NCBI GenBank assembly: GCA_964016885.1
Contig: OZ024743.1
Span: 38,378,001-38,442,000 of the forward strand
DNA length: 64,000 nt
From: Eledone cirrhosa
Taxonomy: Eukaryota
Reading direction: 5' to 3'
Shown: positions 13,336-27,080 of the stretch, one piece after another
Layout: each line of letters begins with the position of its first letter
Position numbering within the stretch: the first letter of the stretch is position 1
Program-made: the position numbers and the translations under genes
Notes under the pieces: generated by a model
The model's input: the letters and a program-made list of their open reading frames with translations, nothing else
What the model was told of the DNA's origin: nothing
The model's database searches: none

Positions 13336-14884
13336 ATACCTCAATAATGATGGCATGCCTGGTTCAACCTAGATTGGAAGATGTCAGCAGAAAGATTTTT
13401 CTGGCCAGCGTAATTTGTTCTTTTCCCAATATGTGGAGGAACATACGTTCCAACTTGGTCAGCTATATTTTGGGGCATAGTAGTAATAGTCACGCGGTAA
13501 AATACTACCGAGGCTTTGTCCTCAGAATTTTAACGCACCAGCTCTTACAAGCGAGTGTTCAACATCTTAACCCCTAGGCCAGGACCATTTACATCTGAAT
13601 GAGAAAAAATGTCCCCTTTTAATGTTACGCAATATATTCTGTATTTCATTGAAAATGAATACAAATACGATTACTGGATTACACACACTATTTGTTTTCT
13701 TTGTTCACTAAAATATCTCTGCAGCTTAATTAATAAGCTGTTATTATTACGTTTAATGTATATATGAAATATAACGAAAATGTAAACATTAGATCTCGAA
13801 CATAAAGAACATGTATTCATTTACATTACGGTAAACCGGCTGGGTAATGTTGTGATTTCTTTGACCTCTTGCGTGAAAATGATAGCTTCCATTCAAGTAC
13901 TACTATGAATAGAAATCCACCACGCATCTTTATATTTAGAGTGATTGGAAAATATGAGAAAACCCCGAAGTTCATATGTTTATATATAAGTGAAAACATT
14001 TTCATAATGCTCTATCGGTAAAGTTGTTTATACCGAAAATTCAACATACTTAGAATAGAATATACTGGCAAATAATCTCCAGTGGAATTCGGTAGACACA
14101 ACATTTTCTTTTCGAATGTTGCTACTGAATGTGATATAACTCGGAAGCATCTGGATTTGAAGAGGGCCTTTTATCCAATGATCATGCTTACGATTGCAAG
14201 AAGATATTTTACAGATACATTGCACAATACATTTTAGAGATGTGACGTTTGTCTGCTAGAATAAATGTAAGGCTTTATAATTAAATAAACTTAAACGTAA
14301 CGCCTAAATCTACTAAAATATCAATATGCAGGGAACACAATTTATTCTACTTACTTAGTTTATTAAAGAGTAAAGATCATGTTTAAGATAATAAATTGGA
14401 TTATTCAAATATGAGGAATTCTGCAACAACTGTCGGATATTATTTTAGCTCTCATCAAATAGGTTTGTTCGCAAAAAAAGTAACCTTCGAACTCGGTGAA
14501 GCCTACAAAAGCCTAAGAGCGTGGTTTTAGAAGCGTCAAGTATTATCAATGATATTCGTTATAAGGTTGATTCGGAAAATAGTAAGCGTGCGTTGGTTTG
14601 AAAGTGAAAGCATTAATGAAGATCGTTTTTCTTCGTAGGGAAAACGACTTGTAATACCAGTAATAATTCACTAATAATTGCGAATGAAATATAGACAAAT
14701 TGTTGAAAGGACAATTTGAAAAATCCGTTTATATATTGAATGTTGGTTTTGGGAATGATGTGAATGACATCAAGCCCGGAGGAATTGGTACCGTTAGTGT
14801 TCCGTTTCAACGTGATAGGGCATGTTTTTCTATATAGTATATATACATACATATGCATGTACACGCACGTACACGCACACACGC

Positions 14885-14959
<75 letters not shown>

Positions 14960-15075
14960 TCCATGTGGTTTTACTATATATATATTTTATAGTAATAATA
15001 ATAAATTTGAAGACTAAAATCCAAAGAGGGCTCGATAAGGATAAATGTATATCAAATATATAAGAAAGTAGAGCA

Positions 15076-15757
15076 AATATTTATTAAAATAACAGATTAA
15101 AGTTTAAGCAAAGAATCGCTGCTTTCACTCTTAACGGGATCTTCTGAAACAAAGTCAATCTGTGAACGCAGAAGTGAATATTTCAAAAAACGATGCAACC
15201 GGAGGAAGACAGGAAGACGATACTTTGGTTCGTGGAAAAGTTCCCTGGCAAAGAACGGGAAAAAACGAATATAATACGTCATTATTTGGAGCGGCGAAAA
15301 ACAATTACACGCAAAGACAAAACCACGTTTATGGTATAAAAGAAGTCGTAGACTAATATTCTATTAGGTGGTTCATAGAGACGTTCTCTGGCAATAAACG
15401 AGAAACAACGAAGATATGTTCGTTTTTTCCGTTCATTGACAGAGAACGTCTCTATGAACCACCTAATAGAATATTAGTCTACGGCTTCTTTTATACCATA
15501 AACGTGGTTTTGTCTTTGCGTGTAATTGTTTTTCACCGCTCCAAATAATGACATATTATATTCGTTTTTTCCCGTTCTTTGTCAGGGAACGTTTCCAGGA
15601 ACCAAAGTATCGTCTTCCTGTCTTCCTCCGGTTGCAACGTTTTTTGAAATATTTACTTCTCGGTTCACAGATTGACTTTGTTAGTTTCAGAAGATCCCGT
15701 TAACGGTGAAAGCAGCGATTCTTTGCTTAAACTTTAATCTGTTATTTTAATAAATAT
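15076..15757. repeat. About 680-bp near-perfect fold-back: two head-to-head pseudo-LTR-like arms, each with a hammerhead-like motif
   Basis: 15076-15410 is the reverse complement of 15420-15757 with scattered mismatches. The right arm ends in (TA)n. Confidence 0.9.
15683..15733 (+). ncRNA. Hammerhead-like motif, CAGAAGA (U4A) core variant; mirror copy at 15101-15150 (-)
   Basis: AGUUU-CAGAAGA-U C CCGU UA ACGG U-GAAA GCA..UGC UU-AAACU: 5-bp stem I, 4-bp stem III. Confidence 0.5.
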
Positions 15758-15765
15758 ATATATAT

Positions 15766-15865
<100 letters not shown>

Positions 15866-15918
15866 TATACATATATATATACATATATATATATACATAT
15901 ATACACACACACACACAC

Positions 15919-15992
<74 letters not shown>

Positions 15993-16056
15993 TGTGTGTG
16001 TTTCAATGAGAGACAGCGAGTTTGTGTCAGTGTATATGTATGTATGTGTATATATG

Positions 16057-16123
<67 letters not shown>

Positions 16124-16757
16124 TACAAATTACACAGCCCAAGTGAAATCAGGAGAAAAATGAAAGAAAAGAATGTTATTGATAAATTCCGACCCAAGCT
16201 AAATGAACAATTATAATGGGTTATGAATCCTACTATGACTATCACTACGACCACTAACAACAACAACAATAATAATAATAAAAATGATGTTGATGGGAAT
16301 GATTACTGGAAAATGCTATTTTCATCATTTCTAGCAAAACAATTGATGCTTTGGATAGGGTCAAATAATAGTCGTTATACATGCTCAACCAACCGTGACG
16401 CCTAAACCAATCAGCTTTAGTAATCCAGTGAAACTACACACCGATTGGTCGAAATACATTTCGCAGGATTTAGCATTCTGTAGCCACTTTTCACTGTATA
16501 TAAGGCACAACATTTACCCATCTCATTACAGTTGAAAATTGCAAACTTGACTGTCACCACAGAATATGAACCTGAAGATTGCGAAAGCATGAAAGTAATT
16601 GTTCAATTAACACTTAATATTTAATATTCTACCATACTATTTCATTATAATACCATTATAAATGTTAAAGGATTGTAAATAAAACGAGTAAATTAGACAA
16701 AGTTGGAATTCCTTTTATTAATATAATCTTCTATACCCGTGTATATTTTATCTATAT

Positions 16758-16939
16758 ATATCTATCTAGGGCGGGTAAAATTCCCGAGATCCATGGACGA
16801 GTTCTATGCAGCGGTCTCTGTCCCTCATTATCGCTGCCATGTCCTGCGTCTCCAACAGACCAGTGTCTGTCCTTAGGGCATCAACATACGTTAACCTTGG
16901 TCTTCCTCTTCCAGTGTGTCTATGTAGGGGCTCCCACAT
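16758..16939 (-). mobile_element. RTE-like LINE 3' end (5'-truncated)
   Basis: [26 protein letters not shown]...MRDRDR..LV..SREFYPP* followed by a TAGA tail. Same family as 36497-36637. Confidence 0.85.
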
Positions 16940-17327
16940 AATATATATATAAATATTTATATATATTAGACACGTGTATATAAATCTATATATTTTGAAC
17001 GTGTATGTGTATATGTTTGCATGTATGAATGTATCTGTCAATAGATTTATAGATTTAAACTATGTGTTGGTTGATGCACTATATAAAGTTCATATACAAT
17101 CAAATTGATGTCCAAGAATACAGAACATTTTTCGTATCATTTCATAAGGGTATATAGCTAACTTATCATTATAAACCTAGCATATATCACATTTTCAAAA
17201 ATCGATATTATTTGTTGTACGTCGTAAATATAATAATGTTTTCGTTACCATATTTACAATGAAATATACCTTGTATTTCTTTCTTGCTTCGGTTCGTAAC
17301 TAGCGGCCAAGTAGGAAGAAAAAAGTA

Positions 17328-17520
17328 GGTGCGGTGGATTGGCAGTATCGGTAGAGGGTCGGATGCCATATTTTGATACATAGAGTTACGGCCCTTTCCA
17401 TTCTGAGTTCAAATCTCGCCGAGGTTAACTTTGCTTTCATCCTTACGGGGATCGATAAAATAAAGTACCAGTAATGCACTGGATAATTGCTGGCTTTGTG
17501 CCAAAAGTAGAAATAATTAT
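17328..17520 (+). mobile_element. tRNA-derived SINE
   Basis: TGGCAGTATCGGTAGAG..TTCTGAGTTCAAATCTCGCCGAGGTTAACTTTGCTTTCATCCTTACGGGG. Confidence 0.85.
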
Positions 17521-17609
17521 TTCATTAGGAATCTGTATGTTGAACTGCTATATTATAGAACATAAACGAAGACAGATGCAGACGTAAATACAACCCTCCA
17601 TACAGATAT

Positions 17610-17674
<65 letters not shown>

Positions 17675-18237
17675 AGTGTGTGTGTGTGTGTTTGTATGTG
17701 TGTGAGTGTGTATGTGTGTGTATGTATATATACATATAAGTATACAATAATTTACACAAATACGCTGTTCGCCTACAGGAAGAAAACACATTTATTACAT
17801 AATGTTTGCATATGTTTCCTTAACTTGTAAAATTATTATTACAACTAGAAAACGTTAATCTTGTGAGGATGTGGGGATAAATGAGTTTCCAATATGTTTA
17901 CAATATTTTCATACATGAAATTTTGCAACCAGAATAATGATTTAATTCGTACAGGGTGACATATACAGAGATGGGGCACGTCGATCTTTTCAAGAGACAT
18001 ATCGGCATTCTATTGACCATAATCCCTTCTTCTCATTGGTCATTTGGATTATAATCCCCCACCCAGCTTATGTAGTATCTATACTTGGTATAATTATTGT
18101 AATTCATGTGATTATTCTGTATTTATCATTTGTTGCTTAATTTGTTGTTTACTATTTTTGTTGTTTGTCTATTATATTTTGATTCTTAATTACTCTATAT
18201 ACCAATGTTTTGTAATTTAGTTTTGTTAGCATTAAAT

Positions 18238-18353
18238 AATTGTTTCTACTTTTGGCAAAAGGCCAGCAATTACCCAGTGCATTACTGGTACTTTATTTTA
18301 TCGACCCCGTAAGGATGAAAGGCAAAGTTAATCTCGGCAGGATTTGAACTCAG
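18238..18353 (-). mobile_element. tRNA-derived SINE, 3' half
   Basis: CGACCCCGTAAGGATGAAAGGCAAAGTT..GATTTGAACTCAGA on +. Confidence 0.8.
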
Positions 18354-19394
18354 ATATAATGTTTATTGCTGATTTGCAGTACCCACACCTAGGAGTATGA
18401 CCACTTTTTATTTCCTCCATGTTAACCCTTTTTCTTGTCATAATGAAGTGTAATCACAGACAATTAATGCATACGAATGAAAATTGCAGGATGGAGTCAG
18501 CGGATACCGTCGATTACGTATTTGTACAGAAACATGTGTTAACGAGTAAACAGACAATACATTTCTCCTGTCAACTTCTTTTTGTCTAGTTTTTCCTGTT
18601 ATTCCTGGTCCCATATTTATACTTATCAATACTCCCCGATTTTCTCCATAACCTTTTTAACTGGATACCTATGATAGGCACTACAAGGAACAGGCTGAGA
18701 TAAACATTTGGTAAGCTGTTTTTTATATTCATTTCGCTTTGGCATTCACGTCAATCATTACAATATATTGGCCAATCAAGAAAACACTAAGCTGGCACTC
18801 AGAGAAACTGAAACCAGAACCAGCTGGTGGCGAAAAGCTCTTCTTCATCAATCAGCCATGCTGGCGCCTATAACTATCAAATAATTTTGAATATAATTAA
18901 AAACGTGTATAGTAAAATAGCTAATGTTTTCATAATTAAGGTACTCTTTGGAACATAATTCAACAAAAGCTTTTTGTTTGTTTGTATTTTTTAAATTAAA
19001 ATATGATTGAATGTTTGAGATAAATATACACATTTTAAAATAAATCACTTTGTATCATAAAATCAATGGCGGTTTCGCACAGTTTTGGTATCTAAAAGGA
19101 TAAACATTAAGCATTAATTCTATTTGTGCCATCATAACATTAAACTTCGATATTGGTATTTTATACTGCAATTATTTATTTATTCCCTTTGCAAATATAT
19201 TGAGATTAAAAGTTATTAGCATTCACGTATTTCAAAATTGTAAATATAATTTAAATTTCAATGAGCTATTTATCAATTATATGGCTAACAATTGAAGATG
19301 ACGTATATATTCGTCTCACTTTCATAAATCATTATTCATGCAACTATGATTTAGTTTTATATGAATGATTCACACACATATCTTTCTTAATATA

Positions 19395-19544
19395 ATCACC
19401 GCCATCGTCATCCTCATTATTAACACCACCATCATCATCATCATCATCATCATCATAATTAACACCTTCTCCATCATTAACACCACTCTTATTATCACCA
19501 CAATCCTCCTGTCCTCCTTTTTCTACCCCTCGAAATCATCATCG

Positions 19545-19575
<31 letters not shown>

Positions 19576-20075
19576 AATTAACACCTTCTCCATCATTAAC
19601 ACCACTATTATTATCACCACAATCCTCATGTCCTCCTTCTCCTACTCCTCGTCATCATCATTATCATCATCGTCATCTTCATGGTCATCATCATCATCAT
19701 GATCACCATCATTAACATCACTCTTATTATCACCACAATCATCCTGTCCCTCCTCCTTCCTCCTCCTCATCGTCCTCCTCCTTCTCCTCCTCTTCGTCGT
19801 CATCATCAATAGTATCAGCACCACCACCACCATCATTATCTTCACTATCGTCATCATTATGATCACCATCATCAATAGCAGTATTATCATCATTACAGTC
19901 ATCACCCCAATCATCACTATCATCATTATACCCATCGTCATCATTATCTTCAATGTAATAATCATCATCACCATCATCAACATCATTGTCAACATTATCA
20001 CCACAATAATTATCACCCAACTCATCATCATCATCACCCACATGATCATGATCATCATTACCACCAACATCATCT
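19395..20075. repeat. Degenerate (CAT)n/(CCT)n trinucleotide array containing a duplication of about 120 bp
   Basis: Visible directly. ATAATTAACACCTTCTCCATCATTAACACCACT occurs twice (near 19455 and 19573). Confidence 0.9.
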
Positions 20076-20089
20076 ATAATGCAAGTATT

Positions 20090-20272
20090 AGAGTTTCTAC
20101 TTTTGGCACAAGGCCAGCGATTACCCCAGTGCATCACTGGTACTTATTTCATCGACCCCGTAAGGATGAAAGGCAAAGTTAACCTCGGTAGATTTGAACT
20201 CAGAACGCAAAGGGCCATAACTATAGTGCAAAGCTTGGTGTCTGACGCTCTACCGATACTGCCAAACCGCAC
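20090..20272 (-). mobile_element. tRNA-derived SINE
   Basis: Full reverse-complement copy of the SINE family. Confidence 0.85.
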
Positions 20273-22914
20273 AAGTGTTATGTATAGTTTATGCTATTTT
20301 TAAAACATATGGTATTGGAATCTCTTGTTTTACCTTTCCCGGATTGCAGAATCTACTCTCATAATTACTATTGTGTTCCTTAACATCCGTAGTATACCTA
20401 ATATATGCAATAATAATAATGGATAGAATCATATAATATCATGGCATACCGGTGGAATTCATTTTTGAATTTATTTTAAACGAAAGCTGAAAACTCAGGG
20501 ATTTGATTAATGTGATATATAGTCCACATTATCCAATCAGACAGTTTCATACATATATACAGAATCCTTGAAATATTTAATCTGTTAGCTGTATAATGTT
20601 ACACGATAATGGTGTATTATTCTCTTCATCTACAGACTGCCCCAGGAACGAGCCAACATGAGATTTTACGCGCACGTTAAACCCGCCACGTTTTTAAACA
20701 AAATCCTAAAAGCATTAGAAATACTCTATGATAGATAATATGTTATAGCCATCGATACAGACTGCCGACTGGAAGGTTTTAGAATAAAACTTGACTGAAT
20801 AAACAAGTGTATATGCATTAACCGATTGAAACTATATTATAGAATATACAGCTTCATTCGCTGATATGCTTAGGCATTAGTTCTTAGTATTGTTTAAGAT
20901 GATCGATTTAGCAATATTTTCAGGGTGTTAAATAACTCTTTCAGGTCTGTTCAAAAACCGAGATTCACTTCACTTTTCATAATTTCGGTACGATAAAAAC
21001 ATGCCACCTCAGTTATAGTGAAGCCCTCATTCATTACAATTGTTATCATTTTTTGTCAGCTTGAAATTACATAGATACTTAACATCTTTAACAAAAGCTT
21101 GATACATATTACAAAATCATACTGGATTTCAATTGGGGGTTGTAGTTTAATTTTACTATAGTTCTACGACAGACGTCACTAAACAGACATAATGAAACTT
21201 GTTTCATTCGCGATCAAATATTTGTGTATATCTGGAACAACATAAGCCAGTAGCATTAGTTCCAGTTGGGTATTATGTAGTTGCTATGTACAGGGATGAA
21301 TCATGAACATTTCGGGTCTTAGAAGTGTCTGAGGAATAATTTAAAATTAATTAAATATTCAGACTTTTAATTAGTTAGTTATCATTTAAACGCCTGATTT
21401 CAATGATTGCGAAGGTTGAACGAAGTCCAGAGCTTTTCCTAGTTTCATGGGATTTACGCAAACGAGATTATAAGACACGTCCCTCGATTGGATGCCGGTC
21501 TGCTACATTAAAGCCCCAGCTACCGACGACACTAGATTAAAGCTGAGTGAAATAGAGCAAAGGTGAAAGTATCCGTTTTTGAATAGGACCCCTGCATTTA
21601 GAATCGTAAAGACAACATCCTAACTACTAGGCCAAGTGACTCTGTAAAATAAACTGTATATAATTTTGTATATTATTCTTACTGGTGTATATATTGATGC
21701 CTTATTTTTTATCATTACTCAGTGGAGATTTAAAATTAGAGTATCTAGTCAAATGTTTGCATTACAGCTACCTATTGATTCTGTCCCAATTTGTCAAAAG
21801 GAACATAATTATCTCTTTACCGTTTTTGTTTCTCCCATGGTTAATCTCGACTATTGATCAAAATTCATTCAAATCGTGACGATCTCTTGTTGGTCTTCAC
21901 ATTGTATCTTCTATTACTTTACCCAATGTATCTTCCTTTTTAAGGTGGGATTTCGTAGAGCTTGTTATACTAGCATGCATAATTACCTTCTCGTGACACT
22001 CCTATTGGCTTATACGTCTGCTAATATCGTTTATTACATTCATTTTCATGCTTCAATTGGATTGCAATTCCATATTCTGCAATAAGCGTGTATATTTGCC
22101 TAACATGTACCGTTATTGGAGATAATACCATACAACAAAATTTCAGTACTAAAACCAAGGAAATATTATTGAGTGGTATAAGAAAGAAGCTACAGGACGC
22201 ATTGTGACCATTCATTTAAATACATCCGTATTGGAAATAAAACCATATTTCGAAAGTAATCAATATAGACAACTGAATCAATAATTAAGTTTTCGTTGTG
22301 AAATATTCATATGAATATTGCCATTATTACGTTATTTATCCTACCGTGAACAGGAACACATCTAATTCGACACGAGATGGAAATAGAGTGAGTGTGTACA
22401 TATTTGGTCGTACAATAGCTGAACAGTGTTTAATGCATCAAGCCTTCAAAATTTAAATTATATACAAGCATGTGTTAAACAGAATAATAACAATCGATGT
22501 TTAACATGGATGTTTAAACATAGAAACAAGAACTCAGATTAGCATTTTCTTTCTTTACTAGTAGATAAAGATCGACGGAAATGGCTTGACTAGTCTTAGT
22601 CAAGTAAGAATTTCTCGGGGTTACCATATTTTGGATGAAGTCAAATGTTGGGTTGGGTAATCTACGGAATAGCTTCACCGTAATACCAACACAAGAAGAT
22701 GATTGGCTATCTGCTACGAAACGAGAGCCTCCTTTTACTGGAAACTAGAGGCAAAGCAGACTAATCAAAACCTGACTGTGGTCTGTCGATGAAGACCTGT
22801 CAGGTGAGCAAGTACATGGCAAGGTTTGTGACCGTGCGGAATGGAGATATATCGTCACTTTATGTTTCATAGGGATACAAAGAACTAAAGGAAAACATGT
22901 ATAAAATGCGTGAA

Positions 22915-23030
22915 CATGTGACTTAGAGGTTAGAGCGTTAAACTCGTGATCATAAGATCATGAGTTCGATGACTAGGCCGAGTGGCACATTGTGTTCTTG
23001 AGTAAGACGTATGATTTTCCGTTGTCGTTC
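22915..23030 (+). mobile_element. Second tRNA-derived SINE family, fragment
   Basis: tRNA-like head GTGACTTAGAGGTTAGAGCG...GAGTTCGATG followed by CACATTGTGTTCTTGAGTAAGAC. Confidence 0.55.
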
Positions 23031-24459
23031 ATGATATGATTGGGACCCATGAAATATTCTAGAATCATCCTACGGGATATTAGGTTCTAAGACGCAAGCT
23101 AAATGTGCGCTGTAAATTGCATTCCATTTCAGTTTTCCAGCGCCGTTCCTGGTCTACTCATTTATTAAATTCGGTCAATGTCTCATATATTGCTTTCCTG
23201 CACTTTAGGTTCACATGTATTCCACCTCTAATTCACATTACTTTCTTCCGTGGCTGGCTGTCATGGCTGCGTTTCATTGCAAAACATCAGCAATATTATA
23301 TTGCTTTACTTCGTGATTAGGATGATTTAGCTGTTAATGTTGAAATCCTAAACGTGTTGATACATGCAACTGTCACATGTTGGTGTTGATGTAGTGCCAT
23401 AACAAATTACCATATTTATCTTAACTGGTGTGATTGATAGGCTTCCCTATTAGAGATTGGGATAAACTACGTTGAGTTATTTCTTCGAATATTTTAATTC
23501 TTGTGTCGAAATTCCGGTGAGACCAGCTTGTCCCTTCATTATTATGGTATGAATGAAATATAGTTCTATGGTCATTATAATCCACTGTACAACTCATCAC
23601 CAGTCATTAGCCTTTAGCATATGATACATATTATATATAACAATGTAGTAAAAAAACAATTTGTGTGACCTCTTAAAAACCTCATAAGATGCAGGTTGGA
23701 ACTTTAAACGAAAGCTGTCATGTTAATGGGTACACTTGTTGTGTCCAACAATGCCGAAAAACAGCTGTCTTCTACTCCGAAAACCTGCAGTGAAACGTAT
23801 ATTAATAACAATTTCTTATTTCTTTTACCACATACGTGTTTGAAAGTTGAACATAAAATATGTTCACTCTGATAACTCTTTTGCCGCCTTGTGCACATTA
23901 ATTTCATCACCTCCTATGTTGTAAATCTACATGCGCTTGTTATCGGATTTTCAGAGGCTTTATTACCCGAGAATGAAGTTCCACCTAGGGAAATGTTCCT
24001 CATCCATGGTCGTATTTTTATTATTCATCGTAAAGATGGTTCCATATTAAATATGTCATGTTGGCAAATTTAAGATTATCATCGATAAGAAGTGATAACA
24101 GAAAAGAAGGAAGAGAACCAGGATGATTATGCTATTTGGAAGCAATGGGCCCAGACGTTACCAAATTTATTTCGTATTACTAACACAAGGAAAGGAACAT
24201 AGTAAATTAGATTATGGAGCCTAAGTGATACATTTTGCACTTATATTTGCCCACAAGAAAAACAGGAATTTTTTTCAAGGGATTTATCATTTGGGGATTT
24301 GACCGAGGCCAAATAACTGCAAACTCCTCTTCATCCATGGACCTTCTTATAGAGTCGTAGAATCACTGTCGTGACACATGTCTAGATTCGGGGGAATTTT
24401 AAATCTAGCAGAGGCAACCCCATTATAGATCTGAATACAGTCGATGTCTTTGAGTGAAG

Positions 24460-24466
24460 TAGAGAG

Positions 24467-24535
<69 letters not shown>

Positions 24536-24570
24536 TGAGAGAGAGAGAGGGAGAGTGAGAGAGAGAAAGA
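24460..24570. repeat. (GA)n microsatellite
   Basis: Visible directly. Confidence 0.95.
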
Positions 24571-25720
24571 AATACACAGTTTAGAAAGAAAGATAGATAG
24601 AAGAAGAAAAGATCTCAAAATGAGACTAGTACAGTTCTATGGACGACAACATGATGTTTATATAGTTTATCATTAAATATATCTCTAATCAGAATAATTA
24701 GTACCAGCTTCTAGGCATGACTATAATCCTTAAACCCCAATTACTGTTACCATAAAAACATAAAACAGGTATAATGACTACAATGTTTCCACTGGTCATT
24801 TTATTGCTGATACTGGTGCCACAAGATGCTCCTTCAACGCAGTCGGATAAACTACAACAACACGACCTGTCCAACTCTATAAATATTCCGCCAAAAAACT
24901 AACCTTACCTGCATTCGTATTATAATTATCGAATTATCTCCACGAAAGTAAGAAAGAGGTAATTGAGATTTTAACACAGACAGAACACATGCTGAGGCAT
25001 TTACTATTATGCATTTTAACTGACTGTTCTCATCTTATAAGTAGAATAGTAAGGACAGTGACAAAGTCACAAATATCTTTCTTTTGTAATGGTTAGTTCG
25101 GGCCTAGTCCAAAGCATCTATCATTACTATGTAGAATGAAATGATAGTATCATCTGTGCACTAACTGATAAAGTTTCAAGTTTTAAAGGTGCTTACTTAT
25201 TTGCAAAGCTATTTGTTTTTAAAGATTTTATATGAAACCATAGAGCAAGATTTCGAAATTTTAATTATTTCTTCATAAATATTCTCATAGGTTTTTAATT
25301 GCATGTCTAGAAAATGATATAGTCACCGTTTTGTCGAAAAGCATTCAGTTTGCATTACTAGACAAATTCTAATTACAGTTTATATATTCAAGCCTGTAAT
25401 TACTTTTGCTCATATTAAATTAGATATATAATATAGTATGATTTGCTTTTCTGATATCAAATGAAAATATTAGACAATTTGATGCATTTATTTAGTAGTT
25501 AATTTTCTATCAAACTGTTTGCGATGCTTTTCATAATAATTACCTCTTACAGAGAACGACACCTTTTCATACACAGAAATGAAAAAGAGGCATATTAATA
25601 TTATCAGATTAAGTATTATGTCAAACATTTCATATTCCCAGTATTTCACAATGGTTAGTATTATTATGCATGGCACACCAGAACATACTGAAAGATTGAG
25701 AAAATACATACATATATATA

Positions 25721-25765
25721 TTTCTGATGATTTCCTTCGAATGAAACAGTTCTAATCCTGTAGAA
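25721..25765 (+). ncRNA. Hammerhead motif in a short microsatellite-flanked fragment (same family as 49104-49154)
   Basis: CUGAUGA-U UUC CUUC GAA U-GAAA CAG..CUG UA-GAA. Confidence 0.6.
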
Positions 25766-25856
25766 GCCATCTCTATATTAAATTTTCTGACTCTCTCTGT
25801 ACATATACATACACACACACGCATACACACACACAAACACACACATAGACACAAAT

Positions 25857-25896
<40 letters not shown>

Positions 25897-25897
<1 letters not shown>

Positions 25898-27080
25898 CAG
25901 TATTTACGTATCGAGAGAGAGAGAAAAAAGGGGAGGATAGGTGATACATATAGGTATTTGCCAAGTAGCGTATGCCAAAGGTGCTCGATACTAGTGCCGG
26001 CGGTATTAAATATTCGAAGTGTTAAGATTTAGTGGGCTAGTGAGTTAGCAGAGCGTAAGCACGTGGAAAAGTAAGAAATCGGAGAATAGACCGTTAAAAC
26101 ATGTTTATTTAAAACAGCACCTACGTATGTTTCGCCCAGTTGGGGTTCTCAAGGGCATAAATAACCAAAAGTGTTCCTTACATTGCTCGGAAAGAGTTAA
26201 ATTGGGTTAAATTCACGTCAAGGTTCATTGCTCGCAAAAATAACTTGTTTTGATTTTGCAGCAGGTCAAGTGAGGTAACTCTGGCCGGTGTTAGGGCAGT
26301 CTTTCCGGGACAAATTTGTATCCGTTACAAGATAAGGTTACAACCTTACCATTGTCGATACGCACAGGGTCATGTAACCAACGCTTAATTTCAGACGTTT
26401 GTTTTTCCGCACCTGTTTGTCTGGGTCGTTTGAGGCTGGGTCTGGTATCCATGGTTAGTTTCCTGGGTGTTATTTTGCAGCGCCTGTCCGCCGGGGTGTT
26501 AAAACTTGTTGCAGGGAGATCCGGTGCACGGTTTCTCTCCTCATCCTTAACCCACTGAAGAAGGATATGTTTAAGCGATACGTGCAACTTATCGCTGTTT
26601 CAGCTCTACTGTTGATGAGCTCGTGAGGTGCAGTTATGATGTGGTAGAGCTCCATGAGGCAAAGATGGCACTTCCTCTTGAAGTTGTACGGTGAAGCCCT
26701 GCTGACAATATTCCAGTGCGTGGAGAACCTGATGTTAAGTCCTTTAGTGATGTGATGTAGTCCGCGAGCGAAGTGGAGTGTCTTAGTTTTTTATTTGTGA
26801 AAGAGTGGAGATGTGTTCGAAACCTAATTTTGAACGGGCCGGAGGTAGCCCCTATATAATGTTTAACGCTATTGTTGCTAGTTACAGTGCATCTATATAT
26901 AACCCTATCAGTCAAGCAGTAACATCTAAGGGAGTAGCGTCCTCTGTCGCGGCAGTTAAAATTTCTGTCGGGGTTTAATCTATTTCCCACGGTAAGGCTA
27001 TCATAATGCTGCCTACGTTTTACCTACGCTCCGCAGCTGACGTTAGCACCATTACAACACACAGCACGAGGGGTGGTGCG
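25897..27080 (-). mobile_element. Hydra-like PLE: inverted 3' segment (GIY-YIG endonuclease plus pseudo-LTR with HHR at 26117-26156)
   Basis: NCRDR..CLTDRVIYRCTV..KHYIGATSGPFKIRF..H.HSF. Its pseudo-LTR 25897-26426 is an inverted repeat of 27080-27600. Confidence 0.9.

Noticed and set aside
16518-16594. Micro-exon candidates on both strands (SYSVVTVKFAIFNCNEM on -, LKIANLTVTTEYEPEDCESMK on +)
   Set aside because: Both are equally plausible by splice signals alone, and neither can be supported without expression data.
19642-20182. Asp-, Met- or Ile-rich ORFs
   Set aside because: They come from a (CAT)n array running into a SINE, with no splice or domain support.
23704-24073. Complex-looking short ORFs
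   Set aside because: No consistent frame with splice sites and no recognisable motif.
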